The position numbers and the translations under genes are program-made. From a virus, in the IMG/VR virus record IMGVR_UViG_3300036820_000001: a stretch of 64,000 bases of DNA, one strand, 5' to 3'. Below, piece by piece: positions 9,388-17,165 of the stretch (the stretch's first letter is position 1; each line of letters starts with the position of its first letter). Below the pieces are notes generated by a model, which saw nothing but the letters and a program-made list of their open reading frames with translations, was not told the DNA's origin and did not search any database.

Positions 9388-9628
9388 CAGCGGCGAGGGC
9401 GAGGTCCACCTCGGGTGGCTGGTGCCGGGCACGGTCGTCTGCCTGGGCGCGGGTCCGATGCGCATGCGGCTGACGATCGAGGAGGCGCGCGACCTGACCA
9501 GCCGGATGAACGCGCTGCTGCGGAACCCGGTCCACCGCGGCGGGCAGTGCGGGTGCGAGCCTCCGGCGCGGTCGGAGGTAGATGAGGCCGTCATCGCGGC
9601 CAGGCAGCAGTTCAGGGGAGGGTTCTGA
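9359..9628 (+). CDS. hypothetical protein
   Basis: 89-aa track ORF with high GC3. Confidence 0.5.
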   Translation: MVSDETLETDSGEGEVHLGWLVPGTVVCLGAGPMRMRLTIEEARDLTSRMNALLRNPVHRGGQCGCEPPARSEVDEAVIAARQQFRGGF

Positions 9629-9629
9629 G

Positions 9630-9797
9630 ATGGGCGGAGTAGGCGGGACGCTGAGCGCGGTGGCGCTGGGCGTGTTCATCGGCGGGGTGGCTGCGGCCGG
9701 GCTGCTGGCGGCCCTGTTCTGGTGGGAGCAGAAGACGCGGCGCGAGAAGATGGACGCCGAGTACCGGGAGCTGTGCGAAAAGAGCAGCGCGCGGTGA
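9630..9797 (+). CDS. small single-pass membrane protein
   Basis: The ATG lies 2 nt after the upstream stop. Has a hydrophobic helix (LSAVALGVFIGGVAAAGLLAALFWW) followed by a charged tail. Confidence 0.55.
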   Translation: MGGVGGTLSAVALGVFIGGVAAAGLLAALFWWEQKTRREKMDAEYRELCEKSSAR

Positions 9798-10060
9798 GGC
9801 GGGGGCTGCCCGCCCGGCTGCGCATCTGGTGGGGCTACCACGACCCGGCGCGCAGGTGGCGCGGGAGGGCGTCCAAGTGGCACCCCGGCCTGCCGCACCA
9901 CGAGGTGACGTGCACGTACGAAGAGGCTATCGCGGTCCTGAGCAGGCGCGAGCTGGCGTCGATGCTGGCCGAGGTGCGCCTGCCCGAGTGGGTCTTATCC
10001 CGATATCAGCAGTACCCAAACAGGAGAGGCGTCAAATGTCCATCGCAATCACGTCAGTAG
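9794..10060 (+). CDS. hypothetical protein
   Basis: GTGA overlap start inside track ORF 9722..10060. Confidence 0.4.
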   Translation: MRRGLPARLRIWWGYHDPARRWRGRASKWHPGLPHHEVTCTYEEAIAVLSRRELASMLAEVRLPEWVLSRYQQYPNRRGVKCPSQSRQ

Positions 10061-10386
10061 TGTTCAACCAGGGCGGCGCTTACAACGCCGGGGACACGAT
10101 CCAGATGACCGTTGACTACACCGAGACCGACTTCACGCCCGGCCCGGATCAGCCCGCGCAGGACACGGTGAACGTCACCGTCGCCAACGCCGCGGCGGCC
10201 ACTGCCACGGCCGACGCGCAGACCATCACCATCACGTCGGCGGGAGGACCGGTCCCGAGCACGCCAACGGTGACCGTGACCGACTCCGGGGGCAGGACGT
10301 GGACGGTGACGTCCAACACGCAGGTCGGCCCCACCGCGGACGACGGCAGCTCGGTGTGGGAGGCCGTAGTCACCGCAGTGGCGTGA
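10036..10386 (+). CDS. hypothetical protein (Thr/Val-rich, beta-sandwich-like)
   Basis: ATG after an AGGAGAGG RBS, in frame with track ORF 9829..10386. Confidence 0.55.
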   Translation: MSIAITSVVFNQGGAYNAGDTIQMTVDYTETDFTPGPDQPAQDTVNVTVANAAAATATADAQTITITSAGGPVPSTPTVTVTDSGGRTWTVTSNTQVGPTADDGSSVWEAVVTAVA

Positions 10387-10553
10387 GCGTCGCGACTGCG
10401 CGGGCCGTGTTCGAGGTCACCTCGCACCGGGTCCGGCTGTGGCACGGGCGGTGGCGCTGGTTTCCGGTCACCGCCCGGTACGAGGTGAGGGTGCGGGCGG
10501 AGAACCACCCGCACCGGGAGCATCCATGGTGGGAGAGGCATGACGATCGTTAA
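10383..10553 (+). CDS. hypothetical protein
   Basis: GTGA overlap start. 56 aa. Confidence 0.35.
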   Translation: MSVATARAVFEVTSHRVRLWHGRWRWFPVTARYEVRVRAENHPHREHPWWERHDDR

Positions 10554-10633
10554 GCGTGTCTGGGCCGGTATCAAAGCGTGGTTCGCAAAGCTGCGCTCGC
10601 AGCTGAGGGACACGGACGGAATCTAGGGGGAGC

Positions 10634-10867
10634 ATGCACATGGTGGTAGCGGCAAAGGCAGTCGTGGCGGCAGCGGTGGTGGCTGCGTCAGTGTTCGGGG
10701 GCGTCACCGTGGCGAGCGCGTCACCGGCGAGGGTGGTACCGGCCAACGGCAGCGGCGGCATGGGAGCGTCGCACTACAACCCGTACGCCGACCAGCCGAT
10801 GGGGCTTCCCGAGAAGCCTTACGTCCCGCCTCAGGTCAAGGACGTCGGCCCGAACTTCTGGAAGTAG
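10634..10867 (+). CDS. small secreted protein
   Basis: GGGGGAG RBS. Signal-peptide-like N-terminus ending ASASP. Confidence 0.6.
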   Translation: MHMVVAAKAVVAAAVVAASVFGGVTVASASPARVVPANGSGGMGASHYNPYADQPMGLPEKPYVPPQVKDVGPNFWK

Positions 10868-10874
10868 GGAAGCC

Positions 10875-11189
10875 ATGGCGGGGCTTATCGTGTGGATGGT
10901 CATCAGCACGTTCCTGGGGTTCTGCGGGTTTGTTGACTGCCTGGCGCAGCCTTCGGGCGCGTACCGGACGGCGGGGAAGTCCAAGGCCGTCTGGGCGCTG
11001 GTGACCTTCGTCGGCATGATCTCGCTGGTGGGCGGGGTCGCGACCTGGCTGCTCTACAGCTACGGCGGCACGAGGCGCGCGCTGGTGCGCAACGGCGGCT
11101 ACAACCGGCCGAGCAGGGAGAAGCGCATCCGCGAGATGCGGCGGCAGGTCAACCGCGAGGACGCGGCCCAGCGCCACTGGGACGAGTAG
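10875..11189 (+). CDS. membrane protein (DUF2516-like)
   Basis: Two hydrophobic helices flank FVDCLAQPSGAYRTAGKSKAVW, which resembles the DUF2516 signature as I recall it (unverified). Confidence 0.6.
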   Translation: MAGLIVWMVISTFLGFCGFVDCLAQPSGAYRTAGKSKAVWALVTFVGMISLVGGVATWLLYSYGGTRRALVRNGGYNRPSREKRIREMRRQVNREDAAQRHWDE

Positions 11190-11202
11190 ATCGGGGGAGT
11201 GC

Positions 11203-11586
11203 ATGATCAGGAAGGTGATCGGGCTGGCCGCCGCGGCACTGACGGCGGCTGGCCTGGCGGCGGGGCTGAGCGGGTGCGCTGGCTCGCTGGGCACGGTGTC
11301 CAAGACGTACAAGTGCACGCAGGTCGTCAACGGTAAAAAGGTCCCGGCGTACTGCATGCAGGACAGCAACGGCAACAACTTCTACGTCAGCTACCTGCTG
11401 TGGCGGCAGATGACGACGGGGCAGCCTGAGCAGCGCTACCTGCCTGCGACGTACTGGAGCGACACCTCGCACGAGCCGGCCGACGACGACGTGCCTGCAG
11501 CCGACCACGCGGTCAGCCACAGCGTGTTCGGCGGCGATGACGGGGGTGACGGCGGGGACCACGGGTTCAGCGGCGGGGACCGCTAA
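11203..11586 (+). CDS. lipoprotein
   Basis: Signal peptide with lipobox L-S-G-C (LAAGLSGCAGS). Confidence 0.7.
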   Translation: MIRKVIGLAAAALTAAGLAAGLSGCAGSLGTVSKTYKCTQVVNGKKVPAYCMQDSNGNNFYVSYLLWRQMTTGQPEQRYLPATYWSDTSHEPADDDVPAADHAVSHSVFGGDDGGDGGDHGFSGGDR

Positions 11587-11587
11587 G

Positions 11588-11797
11588 GTGACGGACGGCG
11601 GCGCTCGCGTCTGGGTGGAGGCTTACCCGGGCGCGGGCGCTTGGCATGAGACGTGGTGCCTGGTGGCGCGGCACCCCGATAATTCCAAGTGGGGCGCGGA
11701 CGGGTTCCCGTGGTGCACCTGCAGGAGGACTGGCGATGATCAAGAGGCTGCTGGCGTGGCTGCGAGCGCCGAGGATGACCAGCGCGCAGCTGGTTGA
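11588..11797 (+). CDS. hypothetical protein
   Basis: GTG start 2 nt after the upstream TAA, in frame with track ORF 11537. Confidence 0.35.
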   Translation: MTDGGARVWVEAYPGAGAWHETWCLVARHPDNSKWGADGFPWCTCRRTGDDQEAAGVAASAEDDQRAAG

Positions 11798-11876
11798 CTG
11801 GTGCTACGCGGCGGCGGACTTCGACGTGTTCGGGGGTGACGACGATGAGGAGCCTGCTGCGGAGGGTCTGGGCTAG
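11736..11876 (+). CDS. hypothetical protein
   Basis: Internal ATG of track ORF 11646. 46 aa with an acidic tail. Confidence 0.35.
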   Translation: MIKRLLAWLRAPRMTSAQLVDWCYAAADFDVFGGDDDEEPAAEGLG

Positions 11877-12078
11877 GGGCCTGTACCCGATATGGGATTA
11901 CCTCGGGTGGGCGGCGCAGCCCAAGCGCGACCCGGTGTGCCCGTGCAGGATGTGCATGATCGAGCGCGGCGAGGTCGTGCCTCTGCTGCCGCTGGAGGCG
12001 GCCAGCCTGCCCGTGACGGACCCGCGCCACCGGTGCGTGCAGGGCGTGTGCGACGATCACGCTGGACCCGCGTCGTGA
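11845..12078 (+). CDS. hypothetical protein (CPCRMC motif)
   Basis: ATG inside track ORF 11794. Confidence 0.4.
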   Translation: MRSLLRRVWARGLYPIWDYLGWAAQPKRDPVCPCRMCMIERGEVVPLLPLEAASLPVTDPRHRCVQGVCDDHAGPAS

Positions 12079-12350
12079 GCACTGCGGCCGACTGGGAGGT
12101 CTACGCGGGCGTCAACGCCAAGGGCGCGCTGGTGCTGACGTTCAAGTGCCCGGACTGCGGCGAGCAGGTGACCGCGGTCAAGAGCGGCGACGGGTCGGTG
12201 CCGCTGCACATATTGGTTAAGCAGCTGTTCATCGGCGGGATTCGCGCGGGGGACATCGTGGCGAGCGCCCAGCACCTGGACAGCGAGCACGTGTGCGACC
12301 CGTTCGCCAATGACGGCATCATCCACGTGAGCGGCGAGGACGAGCCGTGA
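12075..12350 (+). CDS. hypothetical protein (CPDC zinc-ribbon-like)
   Basis: GTGA overlap start inside track ORF 11892. Confidence 0.5.
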   Translation: MSTAADWEVYAGVNAKGALVLTFKCPDCGEQVTAVKSGDGSVPLHILVKQLFIGGIRAGDIVASAQHLDSEHVCDPFANDGIIHVSGEDEP

Positions 12351-12586
12351 CGCACTGGAATGCGACCGAGCGCAAGCTGAGCCCAGGGTCGTTCGCGTGC
12401 ATGGCGCTGGTGTGGCTGGAGCCGACTGACCGCGCTCTGGCAGGATGGGCACCGCAGACGTACCCGCAGATCAGGGACCAGAAGTCGGGCGAGGACTTGA
12501 TTCACTGGCTGGAGAACCAGGTCATGATGACGCTGGCGGAGACGGGCGACTTCGCCGGGAACAGAGTGGACACGAGGCTTAGATGA
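12347..12586 (+). CDS. hypothetical protein with EPTDRALAGW segment
   Basis: Track ORF with a GTGA overlap start. Shares a ~35-nt coding segment with 44428..44553. Confidence 0.5.
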   Translation: MTHWNATERKLSPGSFACMALVWLEPTDRALAGWAPQTYPQIRDQKSGEDLIHWLENQVMMTLAETGDFAGNRVDTRLR

Positions 12587-12750
12587 CGGCAAAGAGGACA
12601 AGGTACCCGGTGCGGTTCGACTGCAGCCACGTGCGCGTGTTCGGCGCGAGCGGGCACCCGGTGCTGGGCGAGCGGGTGTGGTGCCCGGACTGCCTGCGCA
12701 TCGTCACGGTGACGGCCATGGGCCACCAGAGCGTCCGCGTGGCGCGGTGA
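12583..12750 (+). CDS. small zinc-ribbon-like protein
   Basis: ATGA overlap start. 55 aa with C..H..CPDC. Below the track length cutoff. Confidence 0.4.
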   Translation: MTAKRTRYPVRFDCSHVRVFGASGHPVLGERVWCPDCLRIVTVTAMGHQSVRVAR

Positions 12751-12908
12751 CCAAGGCCGAGCTGAGGCGGCTGTACGTGGCCGCTCGTAGTGCGTACGCG
12801 AGTGACGAGTGCGCCGAGACCACCGAGTACGCCAACGCCCTCGACACGATGCTGTGCAACTACTTCGGGATGCCGCTGGCCGACCTGGTGCCTGAAGACG
12901 GCTTCTAG
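12747..12908 (+). CDS. hypothetical protein
   Basis: GTGA overlap start inside track ORF 12678. Confidence 0.4.
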   Translation: MTKAELRRLYVAARSAYASDECAETTEYANALDTMLCNYFGMPLADLVPEDGF

Positions 12909-12955
12909 CGGTATAAGTATGCGGTACACGTACTGACATACCGTAGGGGGAGCTT

Positions 12956-13756
12956 ATGCCACTCAAGACCAGCGTCTACCTGAACGATGACATCGTGGAG
13001 CGGTGGAAAGCGACCGGGGTCAGCCTGGCCGAGCTGGTGAGACGGGGGCTGGACGCGGGAGGGCCGCTGCCGGGGCTTACTCCGCCGATGGCCGCGACCG
13101 AGATCAACCTGGCGCTGCCTGACCACGTGACGCAGCAGGTCGAGGCGCTGGTCGAGTCGGCGCAGCGCGTGCGGGACGCCAACCTGGACGTCTGCCACGC
13201 CACCGAGGAGACCGGCAAGGCGGTGAACACGGCCACCGAGCAGCTCGGCACGCTGCTGGGGCTGCTGCGCGACCAGGGCTACGTCATCGTCCCGAAAGCG
13301 GAGCTTACGGCGCAGCTGCAGTCGCTGATGACGATGGCGGCGTCGGGCCTGCAGGCGGGGGACTACCGGCTGGTGAAGATAGAGCAGGACGACGGCGCTG
13401 AGCGCAGGGCTGCCATGACGGCGGACATCGAGGAGCGCTACGGGCCGGGGTGCGAGACTGACTCCCCGGCTTACGCGCACCTGGTGTCAGGTGCTCCGGA
13501 GTTCGAGGTGCACGGCACCATGACGGGTCATATGGACGTGGCGGCCGACGCTGAGGCGATCCGCAACCTGGCTGCGGACAAGGCCGAGACCGACCGCAAG
13601 TGGGCCGCGGTTCACCCGGACGTCCCTGGCGTGTCGTTCGCGCCTGGAGGAGTCGTCGGCGGCCCGCCGTTCACGCACACCACTGACGACGGGCGCGAGT
13701 TCCGGAGCGACTGGGAACAGCCTGAGCTGCCGATGCGCGGGGGGATCGAGCCGTGA
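12956..13756 (+). CDS. ribbon-helix-helix (CopG/Arc-like) N-terminal domain protein
   Basis: MPLKTSVYLNDDIVERWKATGVSLAELVRRGL fits the RHH beta-alpha-alpha pattern. Preceded by an AT-rich 47-nt gap. Confidence 0.6.
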   Translation: MPLKTSVYLNDDIVERWKATGVSLAELVRRGLDAGGPLPGLTPPMAATEINLALPDHVTQQVEALVESAQRVRDANLDVCHATEETGKAVNTATEQLGTLLGLLRDQGYVIVPKAELTAQLQSLMTMAASGLQAGDYRLVKIEQDDGAERRAAMTADIEERYGPGCETDSPAYAHLVSGAPEFEVHGTMTGHMDVAADAEAIRNLAADKAETDRKWAAVHPDVPGVSFAPGGVVGGPPFTHTTDDGREFRSDWEQPELPMRGGIEP

Positions 13757-14325
13757 CGGCCAAGCAGGGGGAGGGCCGGTGCCCGCACCCGCTCAAGGAA
13801 CGGCGTCCGGCTGGACCGGGCAAGGTCAAGTGCCGCAAGTGCAGCCGGGTGTTCAGGCCGCGCGGGGCGCGGGTCACGCACGGCACCTACCAGGGCTACA
13901 GCCGCCATCTGCGCGAGCGGGCGGGGAAGTGGATGTTCCCCATCGAGGGCGACTGCGGGTGCGCTGAGGCCGCCACCGCGTGGCGGCGCGAGTACACCCG
14001 GCGGCCGGAGGCTCTGCAGGCGGTCCGGGTCCGCGGGCTGGCGAGGGCTGAGGCGCTGGCGCGGCTGCGGCGGATTCACCCTGGGATGTACGCGCAGTTC
14101 TACCGCGAGGAGATCGAGAAGCGCGGCGGGGCCGAGATCAGGCAGCACCATAGCATCCCGTCGTGGGAGGACCTGCTGGGGCGGCTGGTCAAGGCGTCGC
14201 TGGAGCGCGACCTCGATAGCATGAACGAGCGCATCGCGCACGGGTGGGCCACGGCGCGGGAGCTGGAGGTCATGCGGCTGATCACGCGGCTGCGGGTGCT
14301 GCTGGCCAACGGCGGCAGGGTATAA
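13753..14325 (+). CDS. hypothetical protein, Cys-rich N-terminus (HGTYQGYSRH motif)
   Basis: GTGA-coupled. CPHP..CRKC..HGTxxGY..H motifs are common in actinophage DNA-binding-like proteins (from memory). Confidence 0.6.
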   Translation: MTAKQGEGRCPHPLKERRPAGPGKVKCRKCSRVFRPRGARVTHGTYQGYSRHLRERAGKWMFPIEGDCGCAEAATAWRREYTRRPEALQAVRVRGLARAEALARLRRIHPGMYAQFYREEIEKRGGAEIRQHHSIPSWEDLLGRLVKASLERDLDSMNERIAHGWATARELEVMRLITRLRVLLANGGRV

Positions 14326-14370
14326 ATAGGAGAACGCCGCAGGGGTGGCCCCCGTAACCTCAGCGGCGGC

Positions 14371-14402
14371 CCCGGTCGCGTACCCCCCGTATCGCGGCCG
14401 GG
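14371..14402 (+). terminator. hairpin, terminator candidate
   Basis: CCCGGTCGCG / CGCGGCCGGG, a 10-bp stem (one G-U pair) with a 12-nt loop, followed by CACCTTACTTTC. Confidence 0.4.
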
Positions 14403-14426
14403 GCACCTTACTTTCAGGAGAGGGCA

Positions 14427-15152
14427 ATGAGCTTCAGCTGGGACAGGCAGCGCGAGATCGAGATGCTGCGGATGGCTCTGGCGAGTGAGCGGGACCGGAT
14501 GCGGGCCTGGGACTACCAGGATCACCGGCGGTGGGACCGCGAGGACAACCCGTTCCGGCTGGCGTCGGAGAACCGCCTTCTGACCGGCGAGACGCCGGGC
14601 GTGTGGGCGGCGTTCGGGACCATGGCGTCGGATATCGCGGCGCAGGGGTTCTACCTCGGCAACGTGGTGCACCAGCACGAGGACGTCGAGGTCGGCACGT
14701 ATGTCATCAGCGAGCCTGAGCGGCCGCCGGCCAGCACGGTGCAGCATCACGAGGGCAGGCCGGACAGCGAGATCGTCGGCGCGGACGAGAACGGGGATGC
14801 GGTCTACGCTGAGAAGCGGGAGTCGGAGCTGCGCCTGATCGAGATGGGCATGATCAGGCGGCTGGGCGAGGCTGGTTATGAGTCGCCGTGGTACATCGGC
14901 CCGGCTGGCGGCGTGGACGGCGGGGCCGAGGAGTACTGGCGCTGGCGCAAGGCGCGGGACGCGTACGTCGTGGACCCCACTGACGACAAGCGGGACGCGA
15001 TGCTGGCCGCGGTGACCATGGAGACGCCGCCGCTGGCGAGCGACTTCGGGTGGCCGCGGCGCAGGAGGTCGGACAAGTCGGCGGCCATGCTCGCGGTCGC
15101 TGTGCTGGCGGTCGTGTTCACGGTCATGTCGCTGGCGATGGTGATCGGATGA
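14427..15152 (+). CDS. tail-anchored membrane protein
   Basis: AGGAGAGGG RBS. C-terminal helix AAMLAVAVLAVVFTVMSLAMVIG. Confidence 0.6.
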   Translation: MSFSWDRQREIEMLRMALASERDRMRAWDYQDHRRWDREDNPFRLASENRLLTGETPGVWAAFGTMASDIAAQGFYLGNVVHQHEDVEVGTYVISEPERPPASTVQHHEGRPDSEIVGADENGDAVYAEKRESELRLIEMGMIRRLGEAGYESPWYIGPAGGVDGGAEEYWRWRKARDAYVVDPTDDKRDAMLAAVTMETPPLASDFGWPRRRRSDKSAAMLAVAVLAVVFTVMSLAMVIG

Positions 15153-15772
15153 CGTCGATCTCGCGCACGATACGGAACGTCGGCGCTGCGGCGGCGATCT
15201 CGGCGCAGGCGATGAAGCTGGGCGCGTCGCAGAACTACGGCGAGATGCGCGAGGCTCTGGCGCTGGTCATGGCCGAGCGGCCGCGGGTGATGGCAGAGAT
15301 CGGGTGCGACCGCGGAGGCACGCTGTTCGCGTGGACGCGGGTGTGCCCGGAGGTGTACGGGATCACCCTGGAGGCCAACGCCGACTCGGGCGGCGCGCGG
15401 TGCGAGGAGCACGGGGCGTTCGTGCGCTACGGGGACAGCCACGACCAGCGGCAGATCGACTGGCTGCGGGACAGCATCGGCCTCGAGAAGCTGGACATCC
15501 TGGTCATCGACGGCGATCACCACCTGGAGGGGGTGCTGGCTGACCTCGGCGCGTACGGGCCTATGGTGCGGGCTGGCGGCCTGATCATGATGCACGACGT
15601 GGCGGCGACGCAGTTCCCCGAGGTTCACGTGCACAAGGCGTGGGGGCTGTTGCGGGCGCGGCTGCGCACCACGCAGATCGGGGACGTTCTCGGCTGGGGG
15701 ATCATCAAGGTGCGCGAGGACGATGACATCGCCGCTGCGGCGGCGGAGGTGGCGGGGGAGCTGGGTGTCTAG
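15149..15772 (+). CDS. class I SAM-dependent methyltransferase (CmcI/Methyltransf_24-like)
   Basis: ATGA-coupled. Motifs EIGCDRGGTLFAW, LVIDGDHHLEGVLADL and GGLIMMHD. Confidence 0.75.
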   Translation: MTSISRTIRNVGAAAAISAQAMKLGASQNYGEMREALALVMAERPRVMAEIGCDRGGTLFAWTRVCPEVYGITLEANADSGGARCEEHGAFVRYGDSHDQRQIDWLRDSIGLEKLDILVIDGDHHLEGVLADLGAYGPMVRAGGLIMMHDVAATQFPEVHVHKAWGLLRARLRTTQIGDVLGWGIIKVREDDDIAAAAAEVAGELGV

Positions 15773-15873
15773 GCACGACCCGCGCCACCCTGGCTACTGC
15801 TGGTGCCGGTGGGCGTGGTCAGGCGGCAGATGGTCACCGGCGGCGCGGGACGCGGACAGCCCGGACGGGGTTG

Positions 15874-15880
15874 CCGATAG
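15874..15880 (+). promoter_or_regulatory. CCGATAG motif (family B), 8 nt upstream of ATG 15889
   Basis: CCGATAGGTA-cggcc-ATG. The 10-mer and the spacing are the same as at 31977. Confidence 0.35.
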
Positions 15881-15888
15881 GTACGGCC

Positions 15889-16911
15889 ATGACGACGATT
15901 AGCCCTCCGGTCCACCCGGAGCTTGACTACTCTGGGAGGCCGTTCGCGGCTCCCAACCCGGCGCTGCTCAGCAGGAGCTGGCGGCTGAAGCGCGGCGGGC
16001 TGCTCGCGCCGGCTGCGTACTCGGTCGTTACGACGGACCTGAGCACGTCGGCGGCGGTGCTGTTCGGGCAGGACTCCACGCAGGTGTCCGAGCTGACGGC
16101 CGGGCTGGCTGTCTACGCGGGGTACAACTTCGGCGGGTTCGCCAACTGGCAGGAGCTGGTGGCGCGGTTCCTCAAGAGCGGCGCGCGGCTGGTGTCGATC
16201 ACCCCGGCCGTGACCAGCGGGAGCGCGGTGCTGGACATCGAGCCCGGTAACGCGAGCCCATCGGCGGCTCCGTCCTTCCAGCGCATCCACTTCACCGGCG
16301 AGATCACCAGGCCGACGTACTACTGCTCGGCCGGGGACACGCAGGCGGTCATCAACGCGCTGAGCGGGGCCGGGTTCGCGCGGGACACGTACTACATCTG
16401 GAGCGCGCACTGGATTGGCGAGCACATCTGCTCCCCGGCCACGTGCGGCTACCCGCAGGCGGACGCCACCCAGTACGACAGCATCAGCGCGTACGATAGT
16501 GACGCGTTCTACGCGTACATGTTCGCCGCGGTCAAGCCGCCTGCTCCGCCGACGCCGCCCAAGCCACCGGCCCCGGCTGCCTGGAGCTACCCGGCTCCGC
16601 AGCACCTGACCGCGACCGGCGGGGAGACGAGCGTCCGGCTGAACTGGGTGCGCAACCTCGGCGGCCACCCCATCCCGGATCACTACGTCGTGTGGATCTA
16701 CAAGCCGGGGCCGACCACGGCGGCGAACCTGGCTGGCACCGGCACGTCCAAGTACCCGCGCAGCTCGATCGCCGGGGACGCGGTGACGTGGGAGGGCGGC
16801 GGCCTGGAGCGGAACGTCAAGGGCTACACGGTGCACCTGAGCGCGTCGGGCGAGGGCGGCGAGCACCTCGGCAAGGACGTGTTCGCTAAGGCCACGTTCG
16901 ACACCAACTAG
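15889..16911 (+). CDS. putative cell-wall hydrolase (glycoside-hydrolase-like TIM barrel) with Pro-rich linker and FN3-like domain
   Basis: VLDIEPGN, YYIWSAHW and ADATQY resemble GH25/DUF1906-type lysins. PPAPPTPPKPPAP linker. SVRLNW..YVVWIY is FN3-like. Start chosen at the ATG (a TTG at 15871 is possible). Confidence 0.55.
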   Translation: MTTISPPVHPELDYSGRPFAAPNPALLSRSWRLKRGGLLAPAAYSVVTTDLSTSAAVLFGQDSTQVSELTAGLAVYAGYNFGGFANWQELVARFLKSGARLVSITPAVTSGSAVLDIEPGNASPSAAPSFQRIHFTGEITRPTYYCSAGDTQAVINALSGAGFARDTYYIWSAHWIGEHICSPATCGYPQADATQYDSISAYDSDAFYAYMFAAVKPPAPPTPPKPPAPAAWSYPAPQHLTATGGETSVRLNWVRNLGGHPIPDHYVVWIYKPGPTTAANLAGTGTSKYPRSSIAGDAVTWEGGGLERNVKGYTVHLSASGEGGEHLGKDVFAKATFDTN

Positions 16912-17126
16912 CCGGTGTGCGAGTCCCTGCCCTTGGCTCCGTCCGACGACTGGATGACGGCCTTGAGCAGGGTCGGCCGGACGTACTGGTACCACTCCCA
17001 GCTGACGACGACGGCCGCGGGCATGCCGTGGTAGGTGATCAGCGAGGGCGACTCTGCGGCGGCGTCGCTGATGATCGTTCCGAGGTGGGCGCGGGCGGCT
17101 TCGGTGGTGTAGGTGTTCATGCTCAT
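16908..17126 (-). CDS. type II antitoxin, Phd/YefM family (no cognate toxin gene found)
   Basis: MSMNTYTTEAARAHLGTIISDAAAESPSLITYHGMPAAVVVSWEWYQ matches the Phd/YefM N-terminal fold pattern. High GC3 on the minus strand. Stop shares CTAG with the converging gene. Confidence 0.75.
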   Translation of the reverse strand: MSMNTYTTEAARAHLGTIISDAAAESPSLITYHGMPAAVVVSWEWYQYVRPTLLKAVIQSSDGAKGRDSHTG

Positions 17127-17145
17127 GGGCTACAGGCTAGCTTAA

Positions 17146-17165
17146 GGAAGTGCTGCCGTACTTCC
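17146..17165. promoter_or_regulatory. inverted repeat in divergent intergenic region
   Basis: GGAAGT-gctgccgt-ACTTCC between the antitoxin start (17126) and the + gene start (17204). Possible operator. Confidence 0.3.
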
